From NCBI GenBank assembly GCA_045660325.1, contig JAZRDO010000005.1:56474-120473 (forward strand): DNA of 64,000 nucleotides, written 5' to 3'. Numbering within the stretch: the stretch's first letter is position 1; each line of letters begins with the position of its first letter. Position numbers and translations under genes: made by a program. Below are positions 8,118-17,203 of this stretch, piece by piece. This DNA comes from Eubacteriales bacterium. Its GTDB lineage: Bacteria > Bacillota > Clostridia > Oscillospirales > CAG-272. The notes under the pieces were generated by a model. The model was given only the letters and a program-made list of their open reading frames with translations, was not told the origin of the DNA and ran no database searches.

Positions 8118-10538
8118 TTATATTTTCTTTAATTTAGCGTATGTTGCCATAAGCTTTTTCGTTCCTACCTTGTCGAACATTACCTCATAGAGCATATCCG
8201 CGCCCATCTTTTTGGCAGAAAGGATCTCGCCGTCTCCAAAGGTAAGATGACGAACTCTATCTCCGGGAATAAACGTATTAACGGGAGTGTTTTCCTTTGT
8301 AAACAAGGGCTTACCTACCGTTATATCGTTCTTAGGCATCTGTCTTTGAACGTATGGCTTATTGTATCCCTGATTGGAGTTAAAGCTTCTCTGCGGGTAT
8401 GTATAGCCTCCGTAGACGGTAGACTCGTCGGGCTCAATATATTCATCAAGATATTCATCGGGAATCTCATTTACAAATCGAGATTTGGGATTATACTGGG
8501 TCTGACCGTAAAGCAATCTTGATTTTGTATGGTAAATATAAATTTTCTCCTTGGCGCGTGTCAGAGCAACGTAAGCAAGACGGCGCTCCTCCTCCATATC
8601 CTCGTTGGTGCCAATAATGTTTTGCATACCGGGAAAAATACCGTCCTCCATGCCAGGCAAAACAACGATCGGAAATTCAAGTCCCTTTGCGCTGTGTATC
8701 GTCATCATAACTACCGCATTTGCTGAATCATCGTATCTGTCAACGTCAGCAACGAGCGCATTTTCCTCAAGAAAGCCTACAAGAGTGGGCTGTTCGGTAT
8801 TATTCACGTATTCAATAATGCTCGACTTGAATTCGTCAAGGTTTTCAAGACGGTCCTTTTCCTCAACTCCCGCATCTATGAGCATTTGGCGGTATCCCGT
8901 CATGCTCACTACGGAGTCAAAAAGATCGGGCAAGGATTCATACTGCGCCATGGCGGTAAGTCGGTTAATAATTGAAGCAAATCTTACAAGAGTTTCGGCG
9001 CTTCTTGAAAGCGCGGGATAAGATGTAGCATTCTCAATCACCTCAAACATTGAAGAGCCGTTTTCAAGCGCGATCTCTTCAATTGCCGCGATAGTACGGT
9101 CTCCGATCTTTCTCTTAGGCTCATTGATAATACGGAGTAATCTTTCCCTGTCCGAGTGGTTTGCAATAAGCTGCAGGTATGCAACAACGTCGCGGATTTC
9201 CTTTCTATCCGAGAATCTTACACCGCCGAGCATTCTGTACGGGATCGCACTCTTTGCAAAGGCGCGTTCAATACCGCTTGACTGCGCGTTAGTTCTGTAG
9301 AGCACCGCAAAGTCTCTATATTCTCTGTCCTTGCGGGAAACCTCATTATAAACAAGATCAACAATAGCTCTTGCCTCGGCATTCTGGTCATCAAAGCGAC
9401 GAAGAAATATCTTCTCGCCAATCTTTCCGTCAGTCCAAAGGTTTTTACCCTTTCTGCCCTTATTATGTGCAATAACGGCGTTGGCAGAATTGAGGATAGT
9501 GGATGTAGAGCGATAATTTTGCTCTAGCTTTATAACCTTTGCATCGTCAAAGGTCCTGTCAAAGTTCAAAATGTTCTCAATGGTCGCACCGCGGAACTTG
9601 TAGATAGACTGGTCGTCGTCACCAACTACCATAAGATTACGGAATCCGCCTGCCATCATTGAGGTAAATACGAACTGCGCGTAGTTTGTGTCCTGATACT
9701 CGTCAACGCAAACGTATTTGAATTTTCTTTGATAATATTCGAGTATGTCCTTATTGTTCTTCAAAAGGAATACTGTTTTCATAATAATATCGTCGAAATC
9801 AAGCGCGTTTGATGCTTCCATCTGTTGCTGATAAGTCTTGTATATCTTCGCGATCTTGGAAAGACGGAAATCTCCGCCGCTTTCCGTTTCAAAGGCGCTA
9901 GGTGTCAAAAGCTTATCCTTTGCCCTGCCGATCTCGGAGATCACACTCTTTATAGGAAACTGCTTTTCATCAACACCGCACTTTTTCATGGCGGAGAGAA
10001 TAGCCTTCTTGCTATCGTCCGCATCGTATATGGTAAAACCTTCACGAAGTCCGATCTTATCGTAATTCACGCGCAAAATTCTCATACAAATCGAATGGAA
10101 CGTGCCTGCCCAAATATCCTTGGAGACGGGATCATCACCGCCAAAGGCTGCATCCAAGCGAGATTTGATCTCATTTGCCGCCTTATTTGTAAAGGTAATT
10201 GCGAGAATTCTATACGGTGGGCAAGGATTATATGCGAAGTCGGGGAGAAGCCCCTCCGCCGCTTCAACCGAAGGAGCATCGAACGCTTCCTTCATTTCTT
10301 TTATGTATTGCTCATCAACGAAATCAGGAACGTAATCCGTATGATATCCATTTCCGTATTTCATTATATGTACAATTCTTTTTACTAAAACCGTCGTTTT
10401 GCCACTGCCTGCACCCGCAAGTATCAAAAGCGGATCGTTTACGCAAAAGACCGCTTCCCTCTGCTTGGAGTTAAGTGAGGCATAGCATTTATCGAATAAA
10501 GCTCGCTTGAGCCTTAAATACTCGTCATTTATATACAT
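8118..10538 (-). CDS. pcrA: ATP-dependent DNA helicase PcrA/UvrD (SF1A)
   Basis: 806 aa. Walker A AGAGSGKTT, plus CVDEYQDTN, TIHSAKGLEF and YVALTRAK helicase motifs. Confidence 0.92.
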   Translation of the reverse strand: MYINDEYLRLKRALFDKCYASLNSKQREAVFCVNDPLLILAGAGSGKTTVLVKRIVHIMKYGNGYHTDYVPDFVDEQYIKEMKEAFDAPSVEAAEGLLPDFAYNPCPPYRILAITFTNKAANEIKSRLDAAFGGDDPVSKDIWAGTFHSICMRILRVNYDKIGLREGFTIYDADDSKKAILSAMKKCGVDEKQFPIKSVISEIGRAKDKLLTPSAFETESGGDFRLSKIAKIYKTYQQQMEASNALDFDDIIMKTVFLLKNNKDILEYYQRKFKYVCVDEYQDTNYAQFVFTSMMAGGFRNLMVVGDDDQSIYKFRGATIENILNFDRTFDDAKVIKLEQNYRSTSTILNSANAVIAHNKGRKGKNLWTDGKIGEKIFLRRFDDQNAEARAIVDLVYNEVSRKDREYRDFAVLYRTNAQSSGIERAFAKSAIPYRMLGGVRFSDRKEIRDVVAYLQLIANHSDRERLLRIINEPKRKIGDRTIAAIEEIALENGSSMFEVIENATSYPALSRSAETLVRFASIINRLTAMAQYESLPDLFDSVVSMTGYRQMLIDAGVEEKDRLENLDEFKSSIIEYVNNTEQPTLVGFLEENALVADVDRYDDSANAVVMMTIHSAKGLEFPIVVLPGMEDGIFPGMQNIIGTNEDMEEERRLAYVALTRAKEKIYIYHTKSRLLYGQTQYNPKSRFVNEIPDEYLDEYIEPDESTVYGGYTYPQRSFNSNQGYNKPYVQRQMPKNDITVGKPLFTKENTPVNTFIPGDRVRHLTFGDGEILSAKKMGADMLYEVMFDKVGTKKLMATYAKLKKI

Positions 10539-10605
10539 TTAAATTGTTTTCCTCTCAATGACAATGGGTTGCCGCATTGCGACAACCCATTGTTTACAAT
10601 AAGAT

Positions 10606-10857
10606 TTACTTACTGTTCTTTGAATTCTTTGAGTTGTCCTGATAATTGTTGGACGAATTGTTCTGTGCCTTGTTCTGAGAATTATTCTGAGAGTTGTTTT
10701 GTGCCTTGTTCTGAGAATTATTCTGAGAGTTGTTCTGTGCCTTGTTCTGAGAATTATTCTGAGAATTGTTCTGAGAATTGTTCTGAGAATTGTTCTGAGA
10801 TCTGTTCTGTGTGTTCTTGTTGGAGATATCAGCGTTAAAGCTATTATTGTTCTGCAT
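10606..10857 (-). CDS. Asn/Gln/Ser-rich low-complexity protein (NNSQ repeats), function unknown
   Basis: Start moved to MQNNNSF (ATG 10855-10857, AAAGGA 9 nt upstream). 83 aa with no hydrophobic segment. Encoded by 12-nt tandem repeats. The coding strand is chosen by RBS and by flanking gene orientation only. Confidence 0.4.
   Translation of the reverse strand: MQNNNSFNADISNKNTQNRSQNNSQNNSQNNSQNNSQNKAQNNSQNNSQNKAQNNSQNNSQNKAQNNSSNNYQDNSKNSKNSK
10655..10820. repeat. Tandem repeat: 12-nt unit (TTGTTCTGAGAA-like) about 13-14 times, organised as 3 copies of a 36-nt super-unit
   Basis: Direct reading: ...ttgttctgtgcc ttgttctgagaa ttattctgagag repeated three times, then ttgttctgagaa three times. 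All three frames on each strand stay open across it. Confidence 0.9.
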
Positions 10858-10928
10858 TTTCAAATATCCTTTCTTTTTGAGATTGCAAAATAAGTATTTA
10901 CAAAAACAAGAAAAGATATTCATAACAA

Positions 10929-11669
10929 TCATTTTTTCTTCTTATGCTTTTTCTTTTGCGCCTTCTTTTTGAGCCGATCCTCATAAAGCTTACGGGTAAG
11001 CTCCATATTTTCCTGCTCTTTTTTGTCATTTCGGTCGTGAATCTTATTAATAAATCCAATCTTAGACTTTTTACGCTTCATTTCAACGTCCTCGGACGGA
11101 CAAATGAAGGCATAACACTTGAACAAAAGGAAAATGTTCATAAGAATATAGATAATATTGATAATAATCGCAATGATCGCAAGTGTCGGAAGCGCACTCT
11201 TTACATTTTCAGTGGGATTTATATTAAGAATTCTTCCCACGAGTTCAAAAGCATAAGCTATCGCTACAAAGATAAGATTTCTGTACGCCGCATTTTTCGT
11301 CGGCTCATAATCAACTCTCTTTGAAATATCAATAACACCATACAAAAATGCAATATTAAAACCGCAGTCAAATATAAATCTGACGTATGAAAAAATATTA
11401 TATCCAAGGCTGCCCGAAAGACCAAGGTTGATGGAAAAGAGATTATCAAGTCCAACCAAGGTCTCAAACAGGCTGAATGCGGTTAATATTATAGAAATCA
11501 CAAATGCGTAATTGAATACAGGGCTGTATTTTTTAAGCTCGGATAGACCGAGGTAGCAAAGGAAATATCCTATAAGTAAGCCTGCAAAGGCATAATTTCC
11601 AAGTCCGCCGAGTCCTATCGGGAACAAATATGCTACCGTATATCCGATAAGCAGTAAACCGAATCCCAT
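10929..11669 (-). CDS. Polytopic membrane protein with Lys-rich cytoplasmic tail, function unknown
   Basis: 246 aa, about 6 hydrophobic segments, C-terminal ...LKKKAQKKKHKKKK. Its ATG (11667-11669) lies 1 nt after the secA stop (11671-11673). Confidence 0.6.
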   Translation of the reverse strand: MGFGLLLIGYTVAYLFPIGLGGLGNYAFAGLLIGYFLCYLGLSELKKYSPVFNYAFVISIILTAFSLFETLVGLDNLFSINLGLSGSLGYNIFSYVRFIFDCGFNIAFLYGVIDISKRVDYEPTKNAAYRNLIFVAIAYAFELVGRILNINPTENVKSALPTLAIIAIIINIIYILMNIFLLFKCYAFICPSEDVEMKRKKSKIGFINKIHDRNDKKEQENMELTRKLYEDRLKKKAQKKKHKKKK

Positions 11670-11670
11670 A

Positions 11671-14433
11671 TCAGTTACCCTTACCTACCAGGTTGGGATT
11701 AGCGCCGCAGCAATTCTTGTACTTTTTACCTGATCCGCAGGGACAGGGATCGTTTCTGCCGATCTTTGCCGCTGCCTTTACGGTTGCCGCCTTCTTAACG
11801 AAGATCTTCTTTGAAATCTTAGCATCGCCCTCAAGACTCGCTACTAAGGGGTTTGCTACCTGCACACGCTTTATCTCCTCGTGTCTGGGGTATGCCGACA
11901 TGATCATTCTTACGGTCTTCATTCGGATCTCGCTTACCATCGCGTCAAACATATCACCGCCAACGATTCTATACTCGGTAACGGGGTCTCTCTGAGCATA
12001 GGACTGAAGTCCTATTGTACTCTTGAGATCGTCCATAGCATCAATATGCTCCATCCAAGCTCTGTCAACGTTCTGAAGAAGGATCGCTCTCTGTACCTCA
12101 AGGAAGGTCTCACGTCCGAAAAGCTCCTCCTTTTCCTTGAGCATCTTAAGCGCGCGAAGCTCGAGCATATTTACAAATTCATCCTTCTTAAGCTTCTTCA
12201 ACTCACGCTCATCATATTTGAAGTCTTCATCCGTGCAAAGATACATGAGATTTGCGCGGAGTCCGTCGAAATCCCAATTGAACGCAGATTCGTCTGCTGT
12301 ATGCGCGTCAATTGTTTCATCAACCGCTGTGAGCACAAGTCTGCGAATTGTTTCCTCAACGTCCTCGCTGCCTGACAGTACGTCGCCTCTTTGCTTGTAG
12401 ATGATGGTTCTCTGCTGATTCATTACGTCATCGTATGCAAGAACGTACTTTCTACGCTTGAAGTCACGATCCTCTATCTTCTTTTGTGCGCTTTCAATAG
12501 TATTAGAAAGAATTCGCGCGTCGATAGGTGTATTCTCATCAAGCCCCATTCTGTCAACAAGACCGATAATTCTATCAGAGCCAAAGAGTCTCATAAGATC
12601 ATCCTCAAGAGCGAGATAAAATCTCGATTCTCCGGGGTCGCCCTGACGTCCCGCGCGTCCGCGAAGCTGATTGTCAATTCGACGGCTTTCATGTCTTTCA
12701 GTACCGAGAATAAAGAGACCGCCAACGCTTCTTACCTTTTGAGCCTCGGGCTCAATCTCAGTCTTATATTTAGCGTAAAGCTCAGCGAAAAGCTCGCGAG
12801 CAGCGAGAATTTCGGGATCAGCCGTAGCGCTTGTACCGTTCGCCTGCGCTATGATATCCTCGGGAATCTCTCTTGCGCGCATCTCATTCTTCGCCATAAA
12901 TTCAGGATTGCCGCCAAGCATAATGTCAGTACCACGTCCCGCCATATTAGTGGAAATGGTTACCGCGCCAAACTTACCCGCCTGAGCAACGATCTCGGCT
13001 TCCTTTGCATGATATTTAGCATTAAGAACGGTATGAGGAATACCGTGATCGCGAAGCTTTCTTGATAAAACCTCGGATTTATCAATTGAAACAGTGCCGA
13101 CAAGCACGGGCTGTCCCTTCGCGTGACATTCCTTGATCTGCTCGATAACGGCATTATATTTACCGTTTACGGATTTGTAAACCGCATCGGGCCAATCCTT
13201 TCTTATCATAGGCTTATTCGTAGGAACCTCAACAACGTCAAGCTTGTAGATCTCGCGGAATTCAGGCTCCTCTGTAAGTGCGGTACCTGTCATACCCGAG
13301 AGCTTGTTATACATTCTGAAGTAATTCTGGAACGTGATCGTAGCAAGGGTCTTGTTTTCCTTCTCGATCTTAACACCTTCCTTAGCTTCGATCGCCTGAT
13401 GCAAGCCGTCGGAATATCTACGTCCGGGCATCATACGTCCCGTGAATTCGTCGACGATAATTACACCCTTATCAGTTACTACGTACTGAACGTCGCGCAC
13501 CATTGTACCGTGCGCCTTAATAGCCTGATTTACGTAGTGCATAAGGTCGGTATTTTCCGTGTCAGTGAAGTTACTTACACCGAAGAATGCCTCAGCCTTC
13601 TTTGCTCCCTTGGGAGTGAGAACGGCATTTCTTGCCTTTTCGTCAACTATATAATCCGCATCAATATCGTCATTATCCTGCTTTGCATCGATTTCCTTGA
13701 TAACGTGCTTTCTAAGTGTACGGACAAATCTATCGGCTCTCTCGTACATATCGGTAGGCTCATCACCTGCGCCCGAAATAATAAGCGGAGTTCTCGCCTC
13801 GTCAATAAGAATGGAGTCAACCTCGTCGATAATTGCGAAGGAGTGTCCTCTCTGCACCATTCTTTCCTTATAAACCGCCATGTTGTCACGGAGATAATCA
13901 AAACCGAACTCGTTATTAGTACCGTATGTGATATCTGCCGCATAAGCCGCTTTCTTTTCGTCGTGGCTCATTCCGTGAACTGTAAGGCCTGTTGAAAGTC
14001 CCATAAACGCGTACACTCTGCCCATCTGCTCACTGTCTCGGGTAGCAAGATAGTCGTTTACAGTAACGATATGAACGCCGTTACCTGCAAGCGCGTTAAG
14101 ATATGCGGGAAGTGTTTCAACGAGAGTCTTACCTTCACCCGTCTTCATTTCGGCAATTCTTCCCTGATGAAGAATAATACCGCCGAGGAGCTGTACGTGG
14201 AAGGGGCGCAGACCGAGAACTCTCTCATCAGCCTCTCTTATTGCCGCAAATGCCTCGGGCAAAATATCATCAAGTGTCTCACCGTTTGCGAGTCGGTTTT
14301 TAAATATCGCAGTCATTCCCTGAAGCTCTGCGTCAGACATATTTTTAAATTTGTCTGCGAGCGCTTCAATTTTATTCGCTATCTTTTCAAGCTTCTTTAT
14401 CTGCTTCTGACTATATGATGGAAAAAGTCCCAT
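11671..14433 (-). CDS. secA: Preprotein translocase ATPase SecA
   Basis: 920 aa. MKTGEGKTL, DEVDSILIDEARTPLIIS and TNMAGRGTDI motor motifs. C-terminal zinc site CPCGSGKKYKNCCG. Confidence 0.97.
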   Translation of the reverse strand: MGLFPSYSQKQIKKLEKIANKIEALADKFKNMSDAELQGMTAIFKNRLANGETLDDILPEAFAAIREADERVLGLRPFHVQLLGGIILHQGRIAEMKTGEGKTLVETLPAYLNALAGNGVHIVTVNDYLATRDSEQMGRVYAFMGLSTGLTVHGMSHDEKKAAYAADITYGTNNEFGFDYLRDNMAVYKERMVQRGHSFAIIDEVDSILIDEARTPLIISGAGDEPTDMYERADRFVRTLRKHVIKEIDAKQDNDDIDADYIVDEKARNAVLTPKGAKKAEAFFGVSNFTDTENTDLMHYVNQAIKAHGTMVRDVQYVVTDKGVIIVDEFTGRMMPGRRYSDGLHQAIEAKEGVKIEKENKTLATITFQNYFRMYNKLSGMTGTALTEEPEFREIYKLDVVEVPTNKPMIRKDWPDAVYKSVNGKYNAVIEQIKECHAKGQPVLVGTVSIDKSEVLSRKLRDHGIPHTVLNAKYHAKEAEIVAQAGKFGAVTISTNMAGRGTDIMLGGNPEFMAKNEMRAREIPEDIIAQANGTSATADPEILAARELFAELYAKYKTEIEPEAQKVRSVGGLFILGTERHESRRIDNQLRGRAGRQGDPGESRFYLALEDDLMRLFGSDRIIGLVDRMGLDENTPIDARILSNTIESAQKKIEDRDFKRRKYVLAYDDVMNQQRTIIYKQRGDVLSGSEDVEETIRRLVLTAVDETIDAHTADESAFNWDFDGLRANLMYLCTDEDFKYDERELKKLKKDEFVNMLELRALKMLKEKEELFGRETFLEVQRAILLQNVDRAWMEHIDAMDDLKSTIGLQSYAQRDPVTEYRIVGGDMFDAMVSEIRMKTVRMIMSAYPRHEEIKRVQVANPLVASLEGDAKISKKIFVKKAATVKAAAKIGRNDPCPCGSGKKYKNCCGANPNLVGKGN

Positions 14434-14475
14434 TTATCTTATCCTCCGTACGAGTAGATTTTTGCAATACATTGT

Positions 14476-14504
14476 ATTATACCACATATTTTTATATATT
14501 GCAA
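14476..14504 (-). promoter_or_regulatory. Sigma-A type promoter for secA
   Basis: Minus strand TTGCAA (14499-14504), 17 nt, TATAAT (14476-14481) with a TG-extended -10. Confidence 0.55.
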
Positions 14505-14533
14505 ACTGTATTTGTAAATTTTTACGAAAATAC

Positions 14534-14562
14534 TTGAAATATTTTATAATTTAATATATAAT
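14534..14562 (+). promoter_or_regulatory. Sigma-A type promoter for trmL-mnmA
   Basis: TTGAAA (14534-14539), 17 nt, TATAAT (14557-14562). Confidence 0.55.
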
Positions 14563-14614
14563 TTAAGTGCAAATTTCAAATTTGTGCAAAATTCAAACGT
14601 AATAGGATAAAAAT

Positions 14615-15118
14615 ATGCATATAAATATAGTTTTACTTGAACCCGAGATCCCGCAAAATACAGGCAATATTGCTCGCACGTGCGCGGCTACGGGAGCTTC
14701 CCTGCATCTTATAAGACCCCTCGGCTTTGAGCCCGACGACAAAAAACTCAAGCGCGCAGGACTTGATTATTGGGACAAGCTTGATATTACGTACTACGAC
14801 AATCTTGCTGATTTTTACACCAAGCACAATGACGCTAAAATCTACTATTTTTCAACCAAAGCACCGAGATGCTATACTGACGTAAAGTATGAAGGCGACG
14901 TATATATTATGTTTGGTAAGGAGAGCCGCGGACTTCCCGAGGATCTTCTTCGTGAAAATAAAGAGACCGTAGTCAGAATCCCCATGCGCGACACCTTGCG
15001 CTCACTAAATCTATCTAACGCGGTTGCGATCGCGGTTTATGAAATTCTCCGTCAGGACGAATTCTCAAATCTTGTAGAATTCGGCTCACCCACACAGTTT
15101 TCTTGGGAGGAATGCTGA
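14615..15118 (+). CDS. trmL: tRNA (cytidine/uridine(34)-2'-O)-methyltransferase, SpoU/TrmL family
   Basis: 167 aa. N-terminal IVLLEPEIPQNTGNIARTCAATGASLHLIRPLGF and LNLSNAVAIAVYE SPOUT-knot motifs. Confidence 0.85.
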   Translation: MHINIVLLEPEIPQNTGNIARTCAATGASLHLIRPLGFEPDDKKLKRAGLDYWDKLDITYYDNLADFYTKHNDAKIYYFSTKAPRCYTDVKYEGDVYIMFGKESRGLPEDLLRENKETVVRIPMRDTLRSLNLSNAVAIAVYEILRQDEFSNLVEFGSPTQFSWEEC

Positions 15119-16188
15119 TGACTAAAAAAACAGTGGCCGTTGCAATGAGCGGCGGCGTTGACAGCTCGGTTTGTGCTTATCTTGTAAAGAAAAGCGGAAA
15201 TGAGCTTTTCGGCGCTACAATGAAGCTTTATACGCCCTGTGCCGAGCAAAACACCGACCGCCCCTGCGGTACGGACAGAGATATTGCGGATGCAAAATCA
15301 ACCTGCGATAATCTCGGTATCAAGCACAGCGTATACGATTTTTCCGCCTGCTTCAAGAGTCGTGTTATTGATAATTTCACTAAAACTTATATCGAGGGCG
15401 GAACGCCTAATCCCTGCATCGAATGTAATAAATATCTCAAATTCAATAAGCTTTTTGAGGCCGCCAAGCTTGAGGGCACGGATATGATCGCAACGGGTCA
15501 TTACGCGAGAATTGAAAAAGGAGAAAACGGCAGATACCTTCTCCGCCGCGCAAAGGACGAGAATAAGGATCAGTCATACGTTTTGTGGACGCTTTCTCAG
15601 GAAACGCTCGCGCACACCCTTCTCCCTCTTGGTGAATATACGAAGGACGAGATACGTAAAATAGCTGCCGAGCAAGGCTTTATTAATGCAAATAAGGGAG
15701 ATAGTCAGGACATCTGCTTCGTTCCCGACGGCGACTATGCTGCATTTATCAAGCGCGAGACGGGATACGAATCAAAAGAAGGCGACTATCTAGATATCGA
15801 CGGTAACGTAATCGGAAAACACAAGGGTGTAATCCACTACACAATCGGTCAGCGCAAGGGACTTGGAATTTCTATGGGCAGACATATTTTCGTGTCCGCT
15901 AAGGACCCTCACAACAATACGGTTACACTCGCCGACGAGGAATATATTTTCTCGGACAAGGTTGTTCTCAAGGATATAAATCTCATTTCCGTTGATAAAA
16001 TAGATGCGCCTATGCGTGCTGAAGCAAAGCTTAGATATAAGCAGCGCCCTGCAAAATGCACCGTAATTCAGACGGGTGACGATGAAATTACTTTGATCTT
16101 TGATGAAAAGCAAAGAGCTCCCGCAAAGGGACAGTCCGCTGTAATATACGACGGCGAATACGTCGTAGGCGGCGGTATAATTCAATAA
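15118..16188 (+). CDS. mnmA: tRNA-specific 2-thiouridylase MnmA
   Basis: Start moved to ATG 15118 (GGAGG at 15106-15110). PP-loop VAVAMSGGVDSSV, plus NPCIECN and DQSYVLW. Overlaps the trmL stop by 1 nt (TGATG). Confidence 0.93.
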   Translation: MTKKTVAVAMSGGVDSSVCAYLVKKSGNELFGATMKLYTPCAEQNTDRPCGTDRDIADAKSTCDNLGIKHSVYDFSACFKSRVIDNFTKTYIEGGTPNPCIECNKYLKFNKLFEAAKLEGTDMIATGHYARIEKGENGRYLLRRAKDENKDQSYVLWTLSQETLAHTLLPLGEYTKDEIRKIAAEQGFINANKGDSQDICFVPDGDYAAFIKRETGYESKEGDYLDIDGNVIGKHKGVIHYTIGQRKGLGISMGRHIFVSAKDPHNNTVTLADEEYIFSDKVVLKDINLISVDKIDAPMRAEAKLRYKQRPAKCTVIQTGDDEITLIFDEKQRAPAKGQSAVIYDGEYVVGGGIIQ

Positions 16189-16222
16189 AAAAACGGCTTG
16201 AGATCACTCAAGCCGTTTTAAT
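16188..16222. terminator. Bidirectional terminator (mnmA / cysK)
   Basis: AACGGCTTGAG (16192-16202) / CTCAAGCCGTT (16207-16217), flanked by A-run and T-run. Confidence 0.85.
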
Positions 16223-17145
16223 TATTCAAATAGCTCCGTAGAGTAATATCTATCGGCGGAATCAGGAAGAATTACGACAATATTTTTGCCCGAATTTTCT
16301 TTCCTTTTTGCTAATTCAATCGCCGCGGACAAAGCCGCGCCTGAGCTTATTCCGCAAAGTATTCCCTCGGTTGTTGCAAGCTCCCTTGCCGTGTTTATTG
16401 CATCATCATCCGAAACAGTCATTATCTCATCAATGATACTCGTATCAAGAATCTCTGGAACAAAGCCCGCGCCAATTCCCTGAATCTTATGCAAGCCCGA
16501 TTTTCCCTCCGAAAGATACGGACTTGATGCAGGCTCAACTGCAATAATTTTTATATCAGGATGCTTTGCCTTTAAATATTTACCGATTCCGCTTATCGTT
16601 CCGCCCGTGCCAACACCACAAACGAGTATGTCGACCAACCCCTCCATATCCTCGTCAATTTCAGGAGCGGTCGTAAGCGCGTGAGCTTCGGGATTTGCCT
16701 CGTTTGTAAACTGACCGGCAATTATACTGTTCGGAGTAAGACTATGTATTTCGTCTGCTTTTTTAATAGCTCCCGACATACCAAGCGCGCCGTCAGTTAA
16801 TACGACATCTCCGCCCAATACCTTGATTATATTGATTCTTTCAACCGACATACTGTCGGGCATTACTATAACAGCCTTATAACCAAGCAAGCCCGCGCAA
16901 AATGCAAGTCCGATTCCCGTGTTGCCCGAGGTCGCCTCGATAATAGTTCCGCCCGGTTTGATCCTTCCCTCGCGTTCTGCTGAAACGATCATATTATGCG
17001 CAACTCTGTCTTTTATTGAGCCCTGAGGATTCAAATATTCAAGCTTTGCATAAATGCTTGCGCAAAAATTATACTTATCTTTTATTCTGTTTAAACGCAA
17101 AATCGGTGTTTTACCAATTAATTCAATAGCAGAATTATAAATCAT
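16222..17145 (-). CDS. cysK: Cysteine synthase A (O-acetylserine sulfhydrylase)
   Basis: 307 aa. PLP-lysine block NPQGSIKDRVA, plus TSGNTGIGLA and GVGTGGTISG. Confidence 0.9.
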   Translation of the reverse strand: MIYNSAIELIGKTPILRLNRIKDKYNFCASIYAKLEYLNPQGSIKDRVAHNMIVSAEREGRIKPGGTIIEATSGNTGIGLAFCAGLLGYKAVIVMPDSMSVERINIIKVLGGDVVLTDGALGMSGAIKKADEIHSLTPNSIIAGQFTNEANPEAHALTTAPEIDEDMEGLVDILVCGVGTGGTISGIGKYLKAKHPDIKIIAVEPASSPYLSEGKSGLHKIQGIGAGFVPEILDTSIIDEIMTVSDDDAINTARELATTEGILCGISSGAALSAAIELAKRKENSGKNIVVILPDSADRYYSTELFE

Positions 17146-17174
17146 AACCTCACCTCGCTTACTTGTTATATTAA

Positions 17175-17203
17175 ATTATATCACTTGACATTGAAAATTT
17201 CAA
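17175..17203 (-). promoter_or_regulatory. Sigma-A type promoter for cysK
   Basis: Minus strand TTGAAA (17198-17203), 17 nt, TATAAT (17175-17180). Confidence 0.55.

Noticed and set aside
10655-10820. Regularly spaced short repeats that superficially resemble a CRISPR array
   Set aside because: The units are contiguous 12-nt tandem repeats with no unique spacers and no repeat dyad symmetry. No cas genes are present.
10569-10838. Plus-strand Cys-rich repeat ORF (CSENYSES...), which could look like a RiPP-type precursor
   Set aside because: It starts at a TTG inside a hairpin with no RBS. It runs against the orientation of all flanking genes and is open only because of the 12-nt repeat. The minus-strand frame has an ATG and an RBS. 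This rejection is provisional; see the finding on 10606..10857.
13123-13995. 290-aa plus-strand ORF (with 12391..13065 and others) inside secA
   Set aside because: These are codon-aligned antisense shadows of secA. secA is unambiguous and spans the whole region.
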